Assembly: GCA_963663475.2 (NCBI GenBank)
Contig: CAXXJV010000001.1
Coordinates: 736,001 to 800,000, forward strand
DNA length: 64,000 nucleotides
Direction of reading: 5' to 3'
DNA from: Candidatus Cloacimonadales bacterium
GTDB taxonomy: Bacteria > Cloacimonadota > Cloacimonadia > Cloacimonadales > JAFGVF01
The notes under the pieces: model-generated
Database searches by the model: none
The model's input: the letters and a program-made list of their open reading frames with translations, nothing else
Told to the model about the DNA's origin: nothing
Part shown: positions 41,211 to 52,123 of the stretch, one piece after another
Position numbering within the stretch: position 1 is the first letter of the stretch
Layout: every line of letters begins with the position of its first letter
Position numbers and translations under genes: made by a program

Positions 41211-41762
41211 TTATGTTAAATTATAAGTTTGAATGACTCTATAATGAGGCCCTTTTTTTGTAAGATTGCTTTCGAAAAGAGAAATATCACTGACAGCAAT
41301 ATCTATTTTAACTATTTGTTTTTGTAATATGAAGTCTATTTGTGGCTTCATTAAATTATTTTTAATTCTTCCCAAGCTAATGTGTGGGATGAAATCACTA
41401 TTTTTAACTGAAAAACCATATTTCGTTAAGAATTTTCTAAGACTTCTTGTAGCCTTAGCTAAGTCTCTATTAGGACTTGCTAAGCGTAACCATATTAACT
41501 TTGGCTTATCGAGAGGGAAGATTTCTAGACTCTTAATTTGGAGAATCTGAGCCCTACAGGAGTCGATAGAAGTCAAAAAAGCATCTTCTAAATCAGACAT
41601 TTGACTAGGCTTGACCTCTCCAATAAACTGAAAAGTAATGTGGAGATTCTCCTTATCTACCCATTTTACCCCAAAAGGTATAAAACTTTGTAGCTGGAGA
41701 ATATGGTCATATAGCATTTCTTTCAGAGAATCAGCTAAGTCTATGGCGTAGAAAAGTCTCAT
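41211..41762 (-). CDS. thpR: RNA 2',3'-cyclic phosphodiesterase (2H family)
   Basis: MRLF-AI N-terminus and two HxT/S motifs (LHITF, PHISL). Confidence 0.9.
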   Translation of the reverse strand: MRLFYAIDLADSLKEMLYDHILQLQSFIPFGVKWVDKENLHITFQFIGEVKPSQMSDLEDAFLTSIDSCRAQILQIKSLEIFPLDKPKLIWLRLASPNRDLAKATRSLRKFLTKYGFSVKNSDFIPHISLGRIKNNLMKPQIDFILQKQIVKIDIAVSDISLFESNLTKKGPHYRVIQTYNLT

Positions 41763-41765
41763 TAA

Positions 41766-42248
41766 CTATCTTTTATATCCAATATCTTGTAAGAATTTCT
41801 TTCTTTGAGTAATATCAGTATCAAGCTCAATTCCTTTTGGGGAGAAACCATCAATCACACCAAGAATACCTCTACCTTGTTCAGTTTGAGCTATAATAAC
41901 TTCAACTGGATTAGCAGTAGCACAAAAAATATTTACAACTTCTCGGCAACTTTTAACCGCTGGTAAAACATTGATAGGGAAAGCATTTTCTAAAACAATT
42001 AAAAAACTATGCCCTGCTCCTATACTTTTAATATTGCGTACAGCTTCGTCAATCAGATGAACATCGTTACCGTCTTTACGGATTAGGCAAGGACCTGATG
42101 CTTCAGCAAAAGCTAGACCAAACTTTACATTAGGTACTGAGTTAACTATTGCTTCATAAAGGTCTTCAACTGTTTTGATAAAATGTGATTGACCTAGAAT
42201 AATATTTCTTCCTTCTTTGACATTCAGCTTATGTGTTAATAATTCCAT
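41766..42248 (-). CDS. Adenosine-specific kinase-like protein (DUF355 family)
   Basis: [36 protein letters not shown] and GYK motifs. Confidence 0.85.
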   Translation of the reverse strand: MELLTHKLNVKEGRNIILGQSHFIKTVEDLYEAIVNSVPNVKFGLAFAEASGPCLIRKDGNDVHLIDEAVRNIKSIGAGHSFLIVLENAFPINVLPAVKSCREVVNIFCATANPVEVIIAQTEQGRGILGVIDGFSPKGIELDTDITQRKKFLQDIGYKR

Positions 42249-42427
42249 AAATACACCTCACAAGAAAAATTAATTAATACTTAATTAGAATATTCATGTT
42301 TACTAAATTATGTCAATAAAAATCTTTATAATATTTTATATTTTAACCCTAAATGGCTTGATATAGAGAAAAATCTCTAGGTTAATATATATCAGAAATC
42401 TTCAACAAAAGTCATAACTAGAGTAAA

Positions 42428-42470
42428 AAATAAACCATTTCTTGTAATAAATACAAAAAATGGTTTATTT
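42428..42470 (-). terminator. Probable terminator downstream of the LruC-domain gene
   Basis: AAATAAACCATTT...AAATGGTTTATTT hairpin with an upstream A-run. Confidence 0.55.
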
Positions 42471-42496
42471 AAATATAAGTTTTTTTAAGTGTTACT

Positions 42497-44101
42497 TTAT
42501 TTTGAGCTTGCTCCTTGATAAACCTTTCCTATCTCAGGATTAGTGTACCAATCAACAAAAGTTTCTCCATTGTGGTTTACCCATCTACCAAAGTCAGGAT
42601 AAGCATCTACTATATCAACAGTTTCAAGTGGGTGCAAAAGAGGGAATGGGATATTTATAGCCCAAGGAGCACCTTCAGCTGTTTTGTAGTAGTAACCAGC
42701 TGCTATGTCTGTTGCATCATCATTATTTGGATTATTGAAGTAGCTAAGATCTGCATTTGGAGTTGGAGGTAATCCTGGTAAATGGACTTCCATTGCCAAA
42801 TCATGATTGATGGTTATGAAAGGATTATAAGGTGCAAAATAAACATTTTCTGATGTGTTATATTCGTTAGCAATTTCTAAGGTAAAAGAAATTGGGATGT
42901 AAGGAATATGGGCATCAGTAGCAATAGTGTTCATGTAGTCACCATTAAGTTGGATAAGGTCATTAGTGTTATTGAAAACTTGAATAATTGCCAAGCCCGT
43001 ATCATTAGTTTTTTGGGTTAGTAATGGATAGTTTGCTTGTATAAGAGTTACATCTTGAGCTTGGATAGGTAATTCAAAGTAAAAACCATTTTGACGTGAG
43101 GCACCTATAGCTGCTAGAAGTAAGTCAAACTCAATTTCAACTAAATTATTACTTGCATCTACAACTTCTTTGATGTTATAATGAATAATCATGTCATTAA
43201 AGTCGTAATCACCCTTATCAGGCCATAAATCTTCAAAAGCTAGGCTTCCATAATTATCTTGTCCAGGAAAATAAATATCATAAGCTTTAGAAGCATCGTT
43301 TGGATAATCATCATGGTCATCTAAAACACCATCACCATCTTGGTCTGCTCCTGGGAAAATTGGGGCATTAGGGCAGGCATCTTGGGTTAGCCTATTGGAA
43401 GTTTGTAAAGACCAAGTAATACAGTCATTTCCTATTGAAGTAAAGTTAACTGTAAATACATTATAATGGCGTCCTGGTAAAAACTCACTAGGTTGACCTT
43501 GATCGTAGTTGGAACTGTTAAGCCCAGAACCAGTAAATTTATTTTTGGCTCCGATTTCCTGAACATAAACTTCGTCATATTCATTATTATAACCCCAGTG
43601 AGAAGTAATAGAACCATCATTTTCTAAAACAATACCTTCCAGAATAGGTATGACATAGAGTTTAACTTTTTTACTTTCAGATTTCCCTTGCTCATCCTCA
43701 ATCTCTTCAATATTATAGAGATAGACTTCTGGGTTATTTAGCAAACTAGCTACAGTACGGTCAGAGAAAACCATACTTCTATAGTGAAAGTCCAAGGAGG
43801 TGACCTTTCTAGGTAAGCTTATAGTTCTTTCTATAGGGTTAAGATCGTCAGTTAGGAAACTATAATATTCTTTTCCATCATTACCTATGATTTCTACAGT
43901 ACCTTTATTTGGTGCATAGAATTTCAAATCTACCTGTCTGGTAGTTTCAAAATTGAAATCTTCAGGAATGTTAAGGTCTGAAAAGTCTTCAAAGTTACCC
44001 TGATGTTGAGAACCAGTACTCTTGTTGTCACTATCACATGCTAATGTGAAAAATAACATAAAAACAACTAAAAAACCTACTATAAAGATTTTTCTTTTCA
44101 T
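42497..44101 (-). CDS. LruC-domain (DUF4842-like) lipoprotein
   Basis: Lipobox TLAC, F-FETT, a TSP3-like DQDGDGVLD--DDYPND motif, LAFEDLWP--GDYDFND, EVHL and PWA. Confidence 0.8.
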   Translation of the reverse strand: MKRKIFIVGFLVVFMLFFTLACDSDNKSTGSQHQGNFEDFSDLNIPEDFNFETTRQVDLKFYAPNKGTVEIIGNDGKEYYSFLTDDLNPIERTISLPRKVTSLDFHYRSMVFSDRTVASLLNNPEVYLYNIEEIEDEQGKSESKKVKLYVIPILEGIVLENDGSITSHWGYNNEYDEVYVQEIGAKNKFTGSGLNSSNYDQGQPSEFLPGRHYNVFTVNFTSIGNDCITWSLQTSNRLTQDACPNAPIFPGADQDGDGVLDDHDDYPNDASKAYDIYFPGQDNYGSLAFEDLWPDKGDYDFNDMIIHYNIKEVVDASNNLVEIEFDLLLAAIGASRQNGFYFELPIQAQDVTLIQANYPLLTQKTNDTGLAIIQVFNNTNDLIQLNGDYMNTIATDAHIPYIPISFTLEIANEYNTSENVYFAPYNPFITINHDLAMEVHLPGLPPTPNADLSYFNNPNNDDATDIAAGYYYKTAEGAPWAINIPFPLLHPLETVDIVDAYPDFGRWVNHNGETFVDWYTNPEIGKVYQGASSK

Positions 44102-44202
44102 ACGAACTCCTAATTTTTTTATAAAATAACTAATAAAACCACTTTAGCAAACCTTATTTTAATAAATATAAATTTGTAATTTAATTAACATCAGCTAGTT
44201 AG

Positions 44203-44601
44203 CTAATTATCCACAAATTTTAGCATAATAGCTAATAAGTCCTGACTTATTCTTCTAGGCTTTCCCTCTTGAGTGAAAACACCTGTAACTAGAGCCCTGC
44301 AACAGAGTATTTTATCTTCATTATATATTTCTTGCAACCAAAGACCCTTAATTCTAGTAATTTTTCTTGTGCTTGTTTTGACTGTCGCTACTTCTTCCAT
44401 TTTCAGAGGTTTAATATAAGAAATATCTATGTTAGATATGAAGATTGAGACATTCCATTCTAAGAGTTTAGCCACTGGTATGCCCATTTCAATCAAAGCT
44501 TCAGCTCGACCAGCTTCAAGCAACTGAAGATAATTACTATTATTAAGATGTCCGTAAACATCGCATTCATAACCATAGATTTTCCTTCTAAACTCAAACA
44601 T
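44203..44601 (-). CDS. Acyl-CoA thioesterase (4HBT/YbgC family)
   Basis: ECDVYGHLNNSNYL--LE-GR motif. Confidence 0.88.
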   Translation of the reverse strand: MFEFRRKIYGYECDVYGHLNNSNYLQLLEAGRAEALIEMGIPVAKLLEWNVSIFISNIDISYIKPLKMEEVATVKTSTRKITRIKGLWLQEIYNEDKILCCRALVTGVFTQEGKPRRISQDLLAIMLKFVDN

Positions 44602-44744
44602 TTATCCTCCTTTTGAGTTTCTTTTCATATTATTTTATTCTAAATACATTTGAAATTAAAAGGCAAATCTTGACAATAAATTTCTTAAAAATAAATAGTA
44701 GAAATGTTAATATAATGGAAATTTAAGGAAAATTATGAGGATTA

Positions 44745-45548
44745 ATGAAAAAAATATATACTTATTCAGAAAAAAAATTTAAATCTTTTAGCAGACAAAA
44801 GCAAATTGCTATTATTCAGGAAATGTTAGCTGCTTTGGAGAAAAGTTTTACACTTACAGACTTTGCTAGTGCCTTAAGAAAGTCTTTAAGAGATTGTTTT
44901 TCTTTTATGGAGGATAGTGGTTTTTCTTTTATAAAAGACTTTCAAACTTATGACTTATTAAAATTTTCTGATTTGGTTAAGTTAAGAGATAAACTTATTA
45001 AAGAGCAAGGAATGACTTTGCGAGATTCTGATATTGTGGTTAAACGTTATGATTCTCTCCAAGGAAAGAAGGTAAAGTTTCCCCTTATCATGATTTTAGA
45101 TAATCTAAGGTCTGCTTTTAATGTTGGCTCAATTATCAGGACTTGTGAGTGTTTAGGTGTTTCTAAAATTGCTCTTTGTGGGCAAACCCCCAATTTAACT
45201 AATCATAAGCTTCTGGAAACCTCTATGGGAACAAGTCAATTTGTCAGTTTTGACGAGTTTACTACAAGTCAAGAAGCTATTCTGCATTATAAAAACCTAG
45301 CTTATGAAATAACAGCTTTAGAATTAACCAATAAATCAATTAGTTTAGATGATTATCAGCCTGCTCAAAAAGTAGCCCTGCTGGTAGGTAATGAATCTTT
45401 AGGGGTTTCTGAAGAAAATCTTGCCTTGTGTGATAAAATTATAGAAATACCTATGCAAGGAATTAAAAATTCATTAAACGTAAGTAATGCTAGCGCAATA
45501 GCTATATATCAAATAACACATAAATGGAGGTTTTTAAATGGTAAATAG
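44745..45548 (+). CDS. TrmH/SpoU-family RNA methyltransferase with N-terminal extension
   Basis: LDNLRS-FNVGSI-RT, VGNE--G and IPMQG-KNSLNVS motifs. Confidence 0.88.
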   Translation: MKKIYTYSEKKFKSFSRQKQIAIIQEMLAALEKSFTLTDFASALRKSLRDCFSFMEDSGFSFIKDFQTYDLLKFSDLVKLRDKLIKEQGMTLRDSDIVVKRYDSLQGKKVKFPLIMILDNLRSAFNVGSIIRTCECLGVSKIALCGQTPNLTNHKLLETSMGTSQFVSFDEFTTSQEAILHYKNLAYEITALELTNKSISLDDYQPAQKVALLVGNESLGVSEENLALCDKIIEIPMQGIKNSLNVSNASAIAIYQITHKWRFLNGK

Positions 45549-46107
45549 ACAGGAAGCTAAAGAAATATTAGCAAGATATTTGGAAAAGGAAAGCCTTAGA
45601 CAACATTGCTTAGCAACCGCCTTGGTAATGGAGAAGATTGCAGAGAAAATAGGAGCAAATCAAGAAGATTATTATATTGCCGGTTATTTACACGATATTG
45701 ATTTAGATCTCGTGGGTGATGATATGACTCTGCATGCCTTACGGGGAGCCGAAATTTTGAAAGATTATGATATTCCTCAAGATATTATTAATGCAATTCT
45801 TGCCCATAATAAGCATAAAGACCTAGAAAGTGACATAGAAAAAGCACTATGGATTGCAGACCCTGTAAATGGATTAGTTATTGCTTCCGCTCTTATGAGA
45901 CCTGATAAATCAATTTCAACCATGAAATTAAAATCTTTAAAAAAGAAGTTCAAGTCAAAAAACTTTGCTGCTGGTGTTTCCCGTGATCAAATCAATGATT
46001 GTTATCTCCTAAATTTTACTCTAGATGAATTTCTCCAGCTAGCAATTGATGCCTTAGCTGATCATGAAAAAGAACTAAGCCTGGGAACTGAAGAAGCTTG
46101 TGAATAG
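45538..46107 (+). CDS. HDIG/HD-domain hydrolase
   Basis: HC, G-LHDID, H and AH residues, then KSLKKKFK-K-FAAGV-R. Confidence 0.85.
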   Translation: MVNRQEAKEILARYLEKESLRQHCLATALVMEKIAEKIGANQEDYYIAGYLHDIDLDLVGDDMTLHALRGAEILKDYDIPQDIINAILAHNKHKDLESDIEKALWIADPVNGLVIASALMRPDKSISTMKLKSLKKKFKSKNFAAGVSRDQINDCYLLNFTLDEFLQLAIDALADHEKELSLGTEEACE

Positions 46108-46450
46108 TCCACAGTTAAGTATTCTGCTTTTAGGTATTTTCCTAATCTTGAATATTCTTGATGCCCACTCCACTTGGTTAGTTATCAAACCCTATCATTT
46201 TTACAGAGAAAAGAATATCATTGCTCGCTTTTTCTTTAAGAAATTTGGTCTGCTTAGAGGTATTATATTCTTTAAGTTGCTTCTCTTGTTACTCTTCTCT
46301 CTGATAATAGTATTTTATGTCTTACCCGAATATCTAACTCTGAATACTTCAATCTTAATCGGAAATGCAATTTTTACCTTTGTTGTTTTAAATAACTATA
46401 GAATTTATAGAAAAATTAACTTCAAAATAAAGTCTGGTAAAAATCATTAG
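46100..46450 (+). CDS. Small membrane protein (DUF5658-like)
   Basis: N-LD--ST, E-N and K motif pattern with 3 TM segments; coupled to the upstream gene. Confidence 0.6.
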   Translation: MNSPQLSILLLGIFLILNILDAHSTWLVIKPYHFYREKNIIARFFFKKFGLLRGIIFFKLLLLLLFSLIIVFYVLPEYLTLNTSILIGNAIFTFVVLNNYRIYRKINFKIKSGKNH

Positions 46451-46527
46451 CCAAGACTGGGAAGGCCAGCATTCCTGCTGGCATCTTTCTTTATTTCTTT
46501 CTTTCTTTCTTCTCTTGGATGGATGCC

Positions 46528-48005
46528 CAGACTGTGTAAAAAGAAATAGTCTATCCACGAATTTCACGAATTTCACGAATTACTTTTTGCTAAAAGCAAA
46601 AAAAGAGAGAAGAAAAGATCCTTACCACAGAGTTCACAGAGTTTAGGAAACAATTAGCTTGCTAAAAGTCTGTCCGTATTTGAGTCGCGGGATTCTAGCC
46701 CGCGTTTACGCAGGTGACAAGTGGTTATGGGATTGGGTCGCGGGATTCCAGCCCGCGTTTACGTAGATATCAAGTGCTTACGTTATTGGGTCGCTGGATT
46801 CTAGCCCGGGTTTACGTAGATATCAAGTGGTTATGGGATTGGGTCGCGGGATTCTAGCCCGCGTTTATGCAGGTGACAAGTGGTTATGGGATTGGGTCGC
46901 GGGATTCCAGCCCGCGTTTACGCAGGTGACAAGTGGTTATGGGATTGGGTCGCGGGATTCCAGCCCGCGTTTACGCAGAAGACAAGCGGTTACGGGATTG
47001 GGTCGCGGGATTCCAGCCCGCGTTTACGCAGGTGACAAGTGGTTATGGGAATGGGTCGCGGGATTCCAGCCCGCGTTTACGCAGATAATAAAGCGGTTAC
47101 GGATTGGGTCGCGGGATTCCAGCCCGCGTTTACGCAGATAATAAAGCGGTTACGGATTGGGTCGCGGGATTCCAGCCCGCGTTTATGCAGATATCAAGTG
47201 GTTATGGGATTGGGTCGCGGGATTCTAGCCCGCGTTTACGCAGGTGACAAGCGATTATGGGAATGGGTCGCGGGATTCCAGCCCGCGTTTATGCAGGTGA
47301 CAAGTGGTTACGGGAATGGGTCGCGGGATTCCAGCCCGCGTTTACGTAGAAATCAAGTGCTTACGTTATTGGGTCGCGGGATTCCAGCCCGCGTTTACGT
47401 AGATATCAAGTGCTTACGTTATTGGGTCGCTGGATTCTAGCCCGCGTTTACGCAGGTGACAAGCGATTATGGGAATGGGTCGCTGCGTTTACGTAGATAA
47501 CAAAGTGGTTATGGGATTGGGTCGCGGGATTCCAGCCCGCGTTTACGCAGATAATAAAGCGGTTACGGATTGGGTCGCGGGATTCTAGCCCGCGTTTACG
47601 CAGGTGAAAAGTGGTTATGGGATTGGGTCGCGGGATTCCAGCCCGCGTTTATGCAGGTGACAAGTGGTTACGGGAATGGGTCGCGGGATTCCAGCCCGCG
47701 TTTACGTAGATAACAAAGTGGTTATGGGAATGGGTCGCGGGATTCCAGCCCGCGTTTATGCAGATATCAAGTGCTTACGGTATTGGGTCGCTGGATTCTA
47801 GCCCGGGTTTACGTAGATATCAAGTGCTTACGGGATTGGGTCGCTGGATTCTAGCCCGTGTTTACGTAGATAACAAAGTGGTTACGGAATGGGTCGCGGG
47901 ATTCCAGCCCGCGTTTACGTAGATAACAAAGTGGTTACGGGAATGGGTCGCGGGATTCCAGCCCGCGTTTACGCAGATATCAAGTGCTTACGTTATTGGG
48001 TCGCT
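46528..48005 (+). repeat. Leader (46528-46680) plus a 25-unit tandem array of a 53-bp palindromic repeat
   Basis: Conserved 28-mer TGGGTCGCGGGATTCYAGCCCGCGTTTA plus a ~25-nt semi-variable linker. Counted 25 units (one with a deletion) and a terminal partial unit. Confidence 0.95.
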
Positions 48006-48054
48006 GGGATTTAAGACTTATCCCTGACTTGAACTTGAGCCTGCTTTTTGTTGG

Positions 48055-48138
48055 AGACCGGAGTTCCTCAGCCGTAGGCAAGGGACTTCGGGTGAAGAGT
48101 GTCGGAAGTCGCTACTCCGTGAGCAACTCCCGTCACTC
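48055..48138. repeat. 84-bp dispersed GC-rich structured repeat, copy 2
   Basis: One mismatch to 6581-6664. Confidence 0.9.
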
Positions 48139-48193
48139 TTCATATACAGCCTCTACTACGCTATCTACTTAAAGTTTTTTCTAATTGACTAAT

Positions 48194-49546
48194 TTAGGCT
48201 AACACCCTTTCGAGTTTATTATAGCCTTTCAATTCATAATAGATCATACTAAGGGCTATTAAGCAAGCAAGACCATCTGCGATAGGAGTAGCCAACCATA
48301 CACCATCTAACCCTAAATAAAGAGGGAAGATGAAGAGGGCTGGAAGAAAGAGTATGACTTTTCTTAGTAGGTTCAAAGTAATAGCTTCTTTAGCTTTGCC
48401 AATAGCTTGGTAGTACATAACCGTCATCATATGTATTCCTACAAGTGGTAATAAGGCAAGATATATTCTCAATCCATTAGCACCCATTTTAACTAATTCT
48501 GGGTCTCCTTTACTAAAAAGAGATACAATAGTTTCACCTAAGACAAGGACAGAAAAAAGACCAACTATCGAAATAATCAAGGAATATGAATAAGCAGCCT
48601 TTAAAAGAGAAATTACTCTATCATGAAGTTTTGCCCCAAAATTATAACCTATAACAGGTTGAGCTCCCATCATTAGACCTCTTAAAGGTGTCTCAAACAT
48701 AACAAATATACTTTGAATAGCTCCAAATGCACCGATTGCCATACTTCCTCCATGATTTAATAGGGCCCTGTTCGAGAAAATAGCTACGAAAGTTGTTGCT
48801 AAATTCATGGAAAAAGGAGATAATCCTATTGCTAACATTGGCTTAAAAATATGCCATTTGGGAAACATGTTTGTCTTGTAGAGGGTTAAATGCCTGCTTT
48901 TTCCTCTAGTAAAGTGATAGATAACCATCGACATCGTTACCAACCTTGAAAGTGATGTTGCCATTGCTACACCTTGAACCCCTAAGTCGAAGACAAAGAG
49001 AAATATTGGGTCAAGAATAATATTCATTACAGTACCAATTACAGCTATTCGCATAGCAAGCTGGGGGTTACCTTCACTTCTAATGGAACCATTTGTACCC
49101 ATGGCTAAGAAATCAGAAGTTATAAAAGGTAAGAACCAGATTAAGTAGCTGTAGGCATAAGGCATAGTAGCTTCAGTAGCTCCAACTAAATGCAAAATTG
49201 GTCTCAAGAATAATACACCAAGAGTCGTTACGAGTATTCCTGCAAGTATAAATAAACCGAAGATGTTGCCAAGAGTGTGTTCTGCTTCGTCTTTCTTACC
49301 TTCGCCTAACCTAATAGATATAATCGCAGCTGAACCGCTTCCCACTAAAACAGCTATAGCAATAGATAGGATAAAGACAGGGAAGGTGAGAGTAACTCCA
49401 GCTAATGCTTCTGTTCCTAAGGCTTTGCCTATATAAATTCTATCTACTATATTATACAGAGCCTGAACAGATGAAGCAATTACTGCTGGTATAGAGTAAC
49501 TTAATAATAATTTCCATGGGTTTGTTTTTGTGAATATATCTTTCAT
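48194..49546 (-). CDS. MATE family efflux transporter (MepA-like)
   Basis: YNIVDRIYIG, NIILDPIF, G-QG-A-AT and QPVIGYNFGA motifs. Confidence 0.93.
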   Translation of the reverse strand: MKDIFTKTNPWKLLLSYSIPAVIASSVQALYNIVDRIYIGKALGTEALAGVTLTFPVFILSIAIAVLVGSGSAAIISIRLGEGKKDEAEHTLGNIFGLFILAGILVTTLGVLFLRPILHLVGATEATMPYAYSYLIWFLPFITSDFLAMGTNGSIRSEGNPQLAMRIAVIGTVMNIILDPIFLFVFDLGVQGVAMATSLSRLVTMSMVIYHFTRGKSRHLTLYKTNMFPKWHIFKPMLAIGLSPFSMNLATTFVAIFSNRALLNHGGSMAIGAFGAIQSIFVMFETPLRGLMMGAQPVIGYNFGAKLHDRVISLLKAAYSYSLIISIVGLFSVLVLGETIVSLFSKGDPELVKMGANGLRIYLALLPLVGIHMMTVMYYQAIGKAKEAITLNLLRKVILFLPALFIFPLYLGLDGVWLATPIADGLACLIALSMIYYELKGYNKLERVLA

Positions 49547-49563
49547 AATTAATACTTCTTATC

Positions 49564-50121
49564 TTATTTAAATAATATCAATGTTATAAGGTCTTCTACA
49601 GACATTTTGGGCACATCATTGTTCCAGTGTGCTCTTCCAATTAGAGTATGAATCATTAATTCAGCAAGTTGAATAAGGCTATGGGAATTAATAACTAGCT
49701 CATTCTCAACTCCTACTTGAAGAATCCTGACTATAGCTTGTCTTAGTTCTGATTGATTATTAAACATCCTCTCTTTCCGTAATTTTGTCATGATTCTGGT
49801 TCTATAGTTTAATTCTCTAAGAACTTTAATCACTGACTGACTTCGTTCAAAGAAAATATTTAGTTTATTAGCTACTTCAAAAATAACTTTCTTGATATCT
49901 CTATCTTCGATTGAAATGTTGTTTAGCTCTTGAATGATGACTTCTAATCCGTGCATTGCTAGCTCAAAATACATTTCATCTTTACTCTGAAAATAGGTGT
50001 AGATCGTTCCCTTACCTATTTTGCACTTTTTTGCTATATCATCAATCTTAACTTCGTGATATCTTTTTGATTTAATAATATTTTCTAATGTATTGAGGAT
50101 TAATAACTTTTTGTCTAACAT
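49564..50121 (-). CDS. TetR/AcrR family regulator
   Basis: DIAKKCKIGKGTIYTYFQSKDE HTH. Confidence 0.92.
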   Translation of the reverse strand: MLDKKLLILNTLENIIKSKRYHEVKIDDIAKKCKIGKGTIYTYFQSKDEMYFELAMHGLEVIIQELNNISIEDRDIKKVIFEVANKLNIFFERSQSVIKVLRELNYRTRIMTKLRKERMFNNQSELRQAIVRILQVGVENELVINSHSLIQLAELMIHTLIGRAHWNNDVPKMSVEDLITLILFK

Positions 50122-50137
50122 AATTTATGCTCCATTT

Positions 50138-50182
50138 ATAGAACTGACTGGTCAATCTTAAAGTTCTATGTTATCTTGTCAA
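50138..50182 (-). promoter_or_regulatory. Putative promoter and operator for tetR-MATE
   Basis: Minus-strand TTGACA (50177-50182); near-palindrome TGACTGGTCA (50145-50154) inside the inverted repeat ATAGAACT...AGTTCTAT. Confidence 0.45.
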
Positions 50183-50562
50183 TCTTAAATATGCCCCCTT
50201 TAAGTTTGCTGGGATAAAAGTATCCCTGAATCTAGAGAAATAGCTGTTTTTCAAAAGTCTTTACACAAATTATTACAAGTTAAATACAATTTAATATTTG
50301 GCTGAAAAGATGATTTTAACTGGGAATGTGGCCTTGATTGGGAATGTTAGTAGCTTGCTGGCCAAGACTGGGGAGGCCAGCATCCTTACTGGCATCTTTA
50401 TTTCTTTCTTCTCTTGGATGGTGGAATAAAATGACCTTAATAAATCTTGACATTATTTCATGCTAAGCACAAACTTGAATTTAGCTTTAATAACTGGATA
50501 ATTAGTTATTGATTTTCAAGGATAGACTTTTGTAATAAGCTCTATTAATAGGATGTTAAAGA

Positions 50563-51468
50563 ATGAATGCTGTGATAGAAATAGGAACAAATTCTCTAAA
50601 ATTATTGATATATAAAGATCAACCCAACTTTCAAGTTGTCTATGATAAGACAAGTATAAGCAGGTTAGGAGAGGATTATCACAAGACTGGTAAAATAAGT
50701 TACCCTGCCCTGGATAGAAATATTGAGGAGATTAATAACTGCCTGAAAATCTGTAATGACTACGCTTGTCGGCAAGTATCTCTCTACGGTACAATGATTT
50801 TTAGAGCAGCAGAAAATAGCCAAGAAGTTCTAACCAAAATTTATCAAAAAACTAAACTCAATTTGCAGATATTAAATGGTGAAGAAGAAGCTAAATATTC
50901 CTTTTTAGCTGCTACTTCTTCTTTGTCTTTAGCTGATAGAAAGATTTTGGTTGTTGATACAGGTGGAGGTTCCACTGAATTTATATCTGGTTCAAAGACT
51001 CAGATTAACTATCAGACTTCCTTAGAATTAGGGGCAGTAACTTTGACAGATCTTTTTTCTTTAGACAAGCGGGTTAACCTAGAAACATTAACTAGGGCAA
51101 AGAACTATATAAACAAGCAATTAGCTAGTTTGCCTAATTTTCCTCATCCCGAATTAATTGTTGGTATTGGGGGAACAGTGACAACTATTTCAGCTATAGT
51201 GCAAAAGCTGCAAGTCTATTCAGCCCAAAAGGTGCAAGCTTCCACTATTGCAAGTAGGCAAGTAACTGAACTCATAGCTCAATTAGCTTGTAAAAATTTT
51301 CAAGAAAGACAAAGTATTATTGGCTTATCGGCTAAAAGAGCAGATATTATTTTAGGAGGAGTTTTAATAATAAACTCTATATTGGATAAGTTCGAAAAAA
51401 ATGATATTTTAGTATGTGATAATGGATTACGCTATGGATTAGCTTTAAAAGAAGGGAGGAAAAAATGA
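50563..51468 (+). CDS. ppx: Ppx/GppA family exopolyphosphatase (short form)
   Basis: IEIGTNS, RLGE, GEEEA, DTGGGSTE, GGT, RADII-G and GLRYG motifs. Confidence 0.88.
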   Translation: MNAVIEIGTNSLKLLIYKDQPNFQVVYDKTSISRLGEDYHKTGKISYPALDRNIEEINNCLKICNDYACRQVSLYGTMIFRAAENSQEVLTKIYQKTKLNLQILNGEEEAKYSFLAATSSLSLADRKILVVDTGGGSTEFISGSKTQINYQTSLELGAVTLTDLFSLDKRVNLETLTRAKNYINKQLASLPNFPHPELIVGIGGTVTTISAIVQKLQVYSAQKVQASTIASRQVTELIAQLACKNFQERQSIIGLSAKRADIILGGVLIINSILDKFEKNDILVCDNGLRYGLALKEGRKK

Positions 51469-52118
51469 CTTCTTTTTTTACATCTAAATCGAAAGATTTA
51501 CAGAATTTGATTAACAAGTATATTGATGTTGTTGAAAGATGTGCCTTAGTATTTGAGGAAGGTATCAGGTGTTATATCAACTGGAAAGAAGAGAGATTCG
51601 CAAATTATTATAAGGATATGATTAATCTAGAAAATGAAGCAGATGAACTCAGACATGATATTAAATTTAAACTCTATTCTTATATGTTAATCCCAGAATC
51701 AAGAGGAGATGTTTTAGGAATCATTGAAACTTTAGATGATGTGGTTGATGTTTGTAAAAAGGTTATGGAACAGTTGTCTATTGAACAACCTGATGTTCCT
51801 GAAAATCTACGTCCTGGTTACCTAGAGCTTTCTGAACTATCATCGAAAACAATCTTGGAGCTAGTTAAAGCTACCCGGGCCTTCTTTACTGAGATAAAAC
51901 TAGTTGAAAATTATATCAATAAAGTACATTTCTATGAACATGAAGCTGACAAACTTGAAGAGTCTTTGAAAAGAAAAATATTTGAACATCGTGATATTGC
52001 CTATCTTTCCGTTAAAATGCACCTTCGTTACTTTGTAGAAAAGATAGTCCTTCCCTCTGATATGGCAGAATCTGTGGCTGAAAGATTATCAGTATATGTA
52101 ATCAAAAGGAGACTTTAA
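51465..52118 (+). CDS. DUF47 / PhoU-like phosphate transport regulator
   Basis: E-EAD repeated twice (ENEAD, EHEAD); adjacent to a PiT transporter. Confidence 0.88.
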   Translation: MTSFFTSKSKDLQNLINKYIDVVERCALVFEEGIRCYINWKEERFANYYKDMINLENEADELRHDIKFKLYSYMLIPESRGDVLGIIETLDDVVDVCKKVMEQLSIEQPDVPENLRPGYLELSELSSKTILELVKATRAFFTEIKLVENYINKVHFYEHEADKLEESLKRKIFEHRDIAYLSVKMHLRYFVEKIVLPSDMAESVAERLSVYVIKRRL

Positions 52119-52123
52119 TCTAA

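Noticed and set aside
46827-47440. ORFs 46827-47141, 47039-47440, 53805-54077, 11592-11822 and the 11246-11603 ORFs
   Set aside because: They are translations of 53-bp or 48-bp tandem DNA repeats, open in several frames with no RBS or protein-family signal.
46681-48005. CRISPR array call for the 28-bp palindromic repeat with ~25-nt spacers (also 53772-56740)
   Set aside because: The spacers are near-identical variants of one sequence, several repeat exactly, and no cas genes are in the window.
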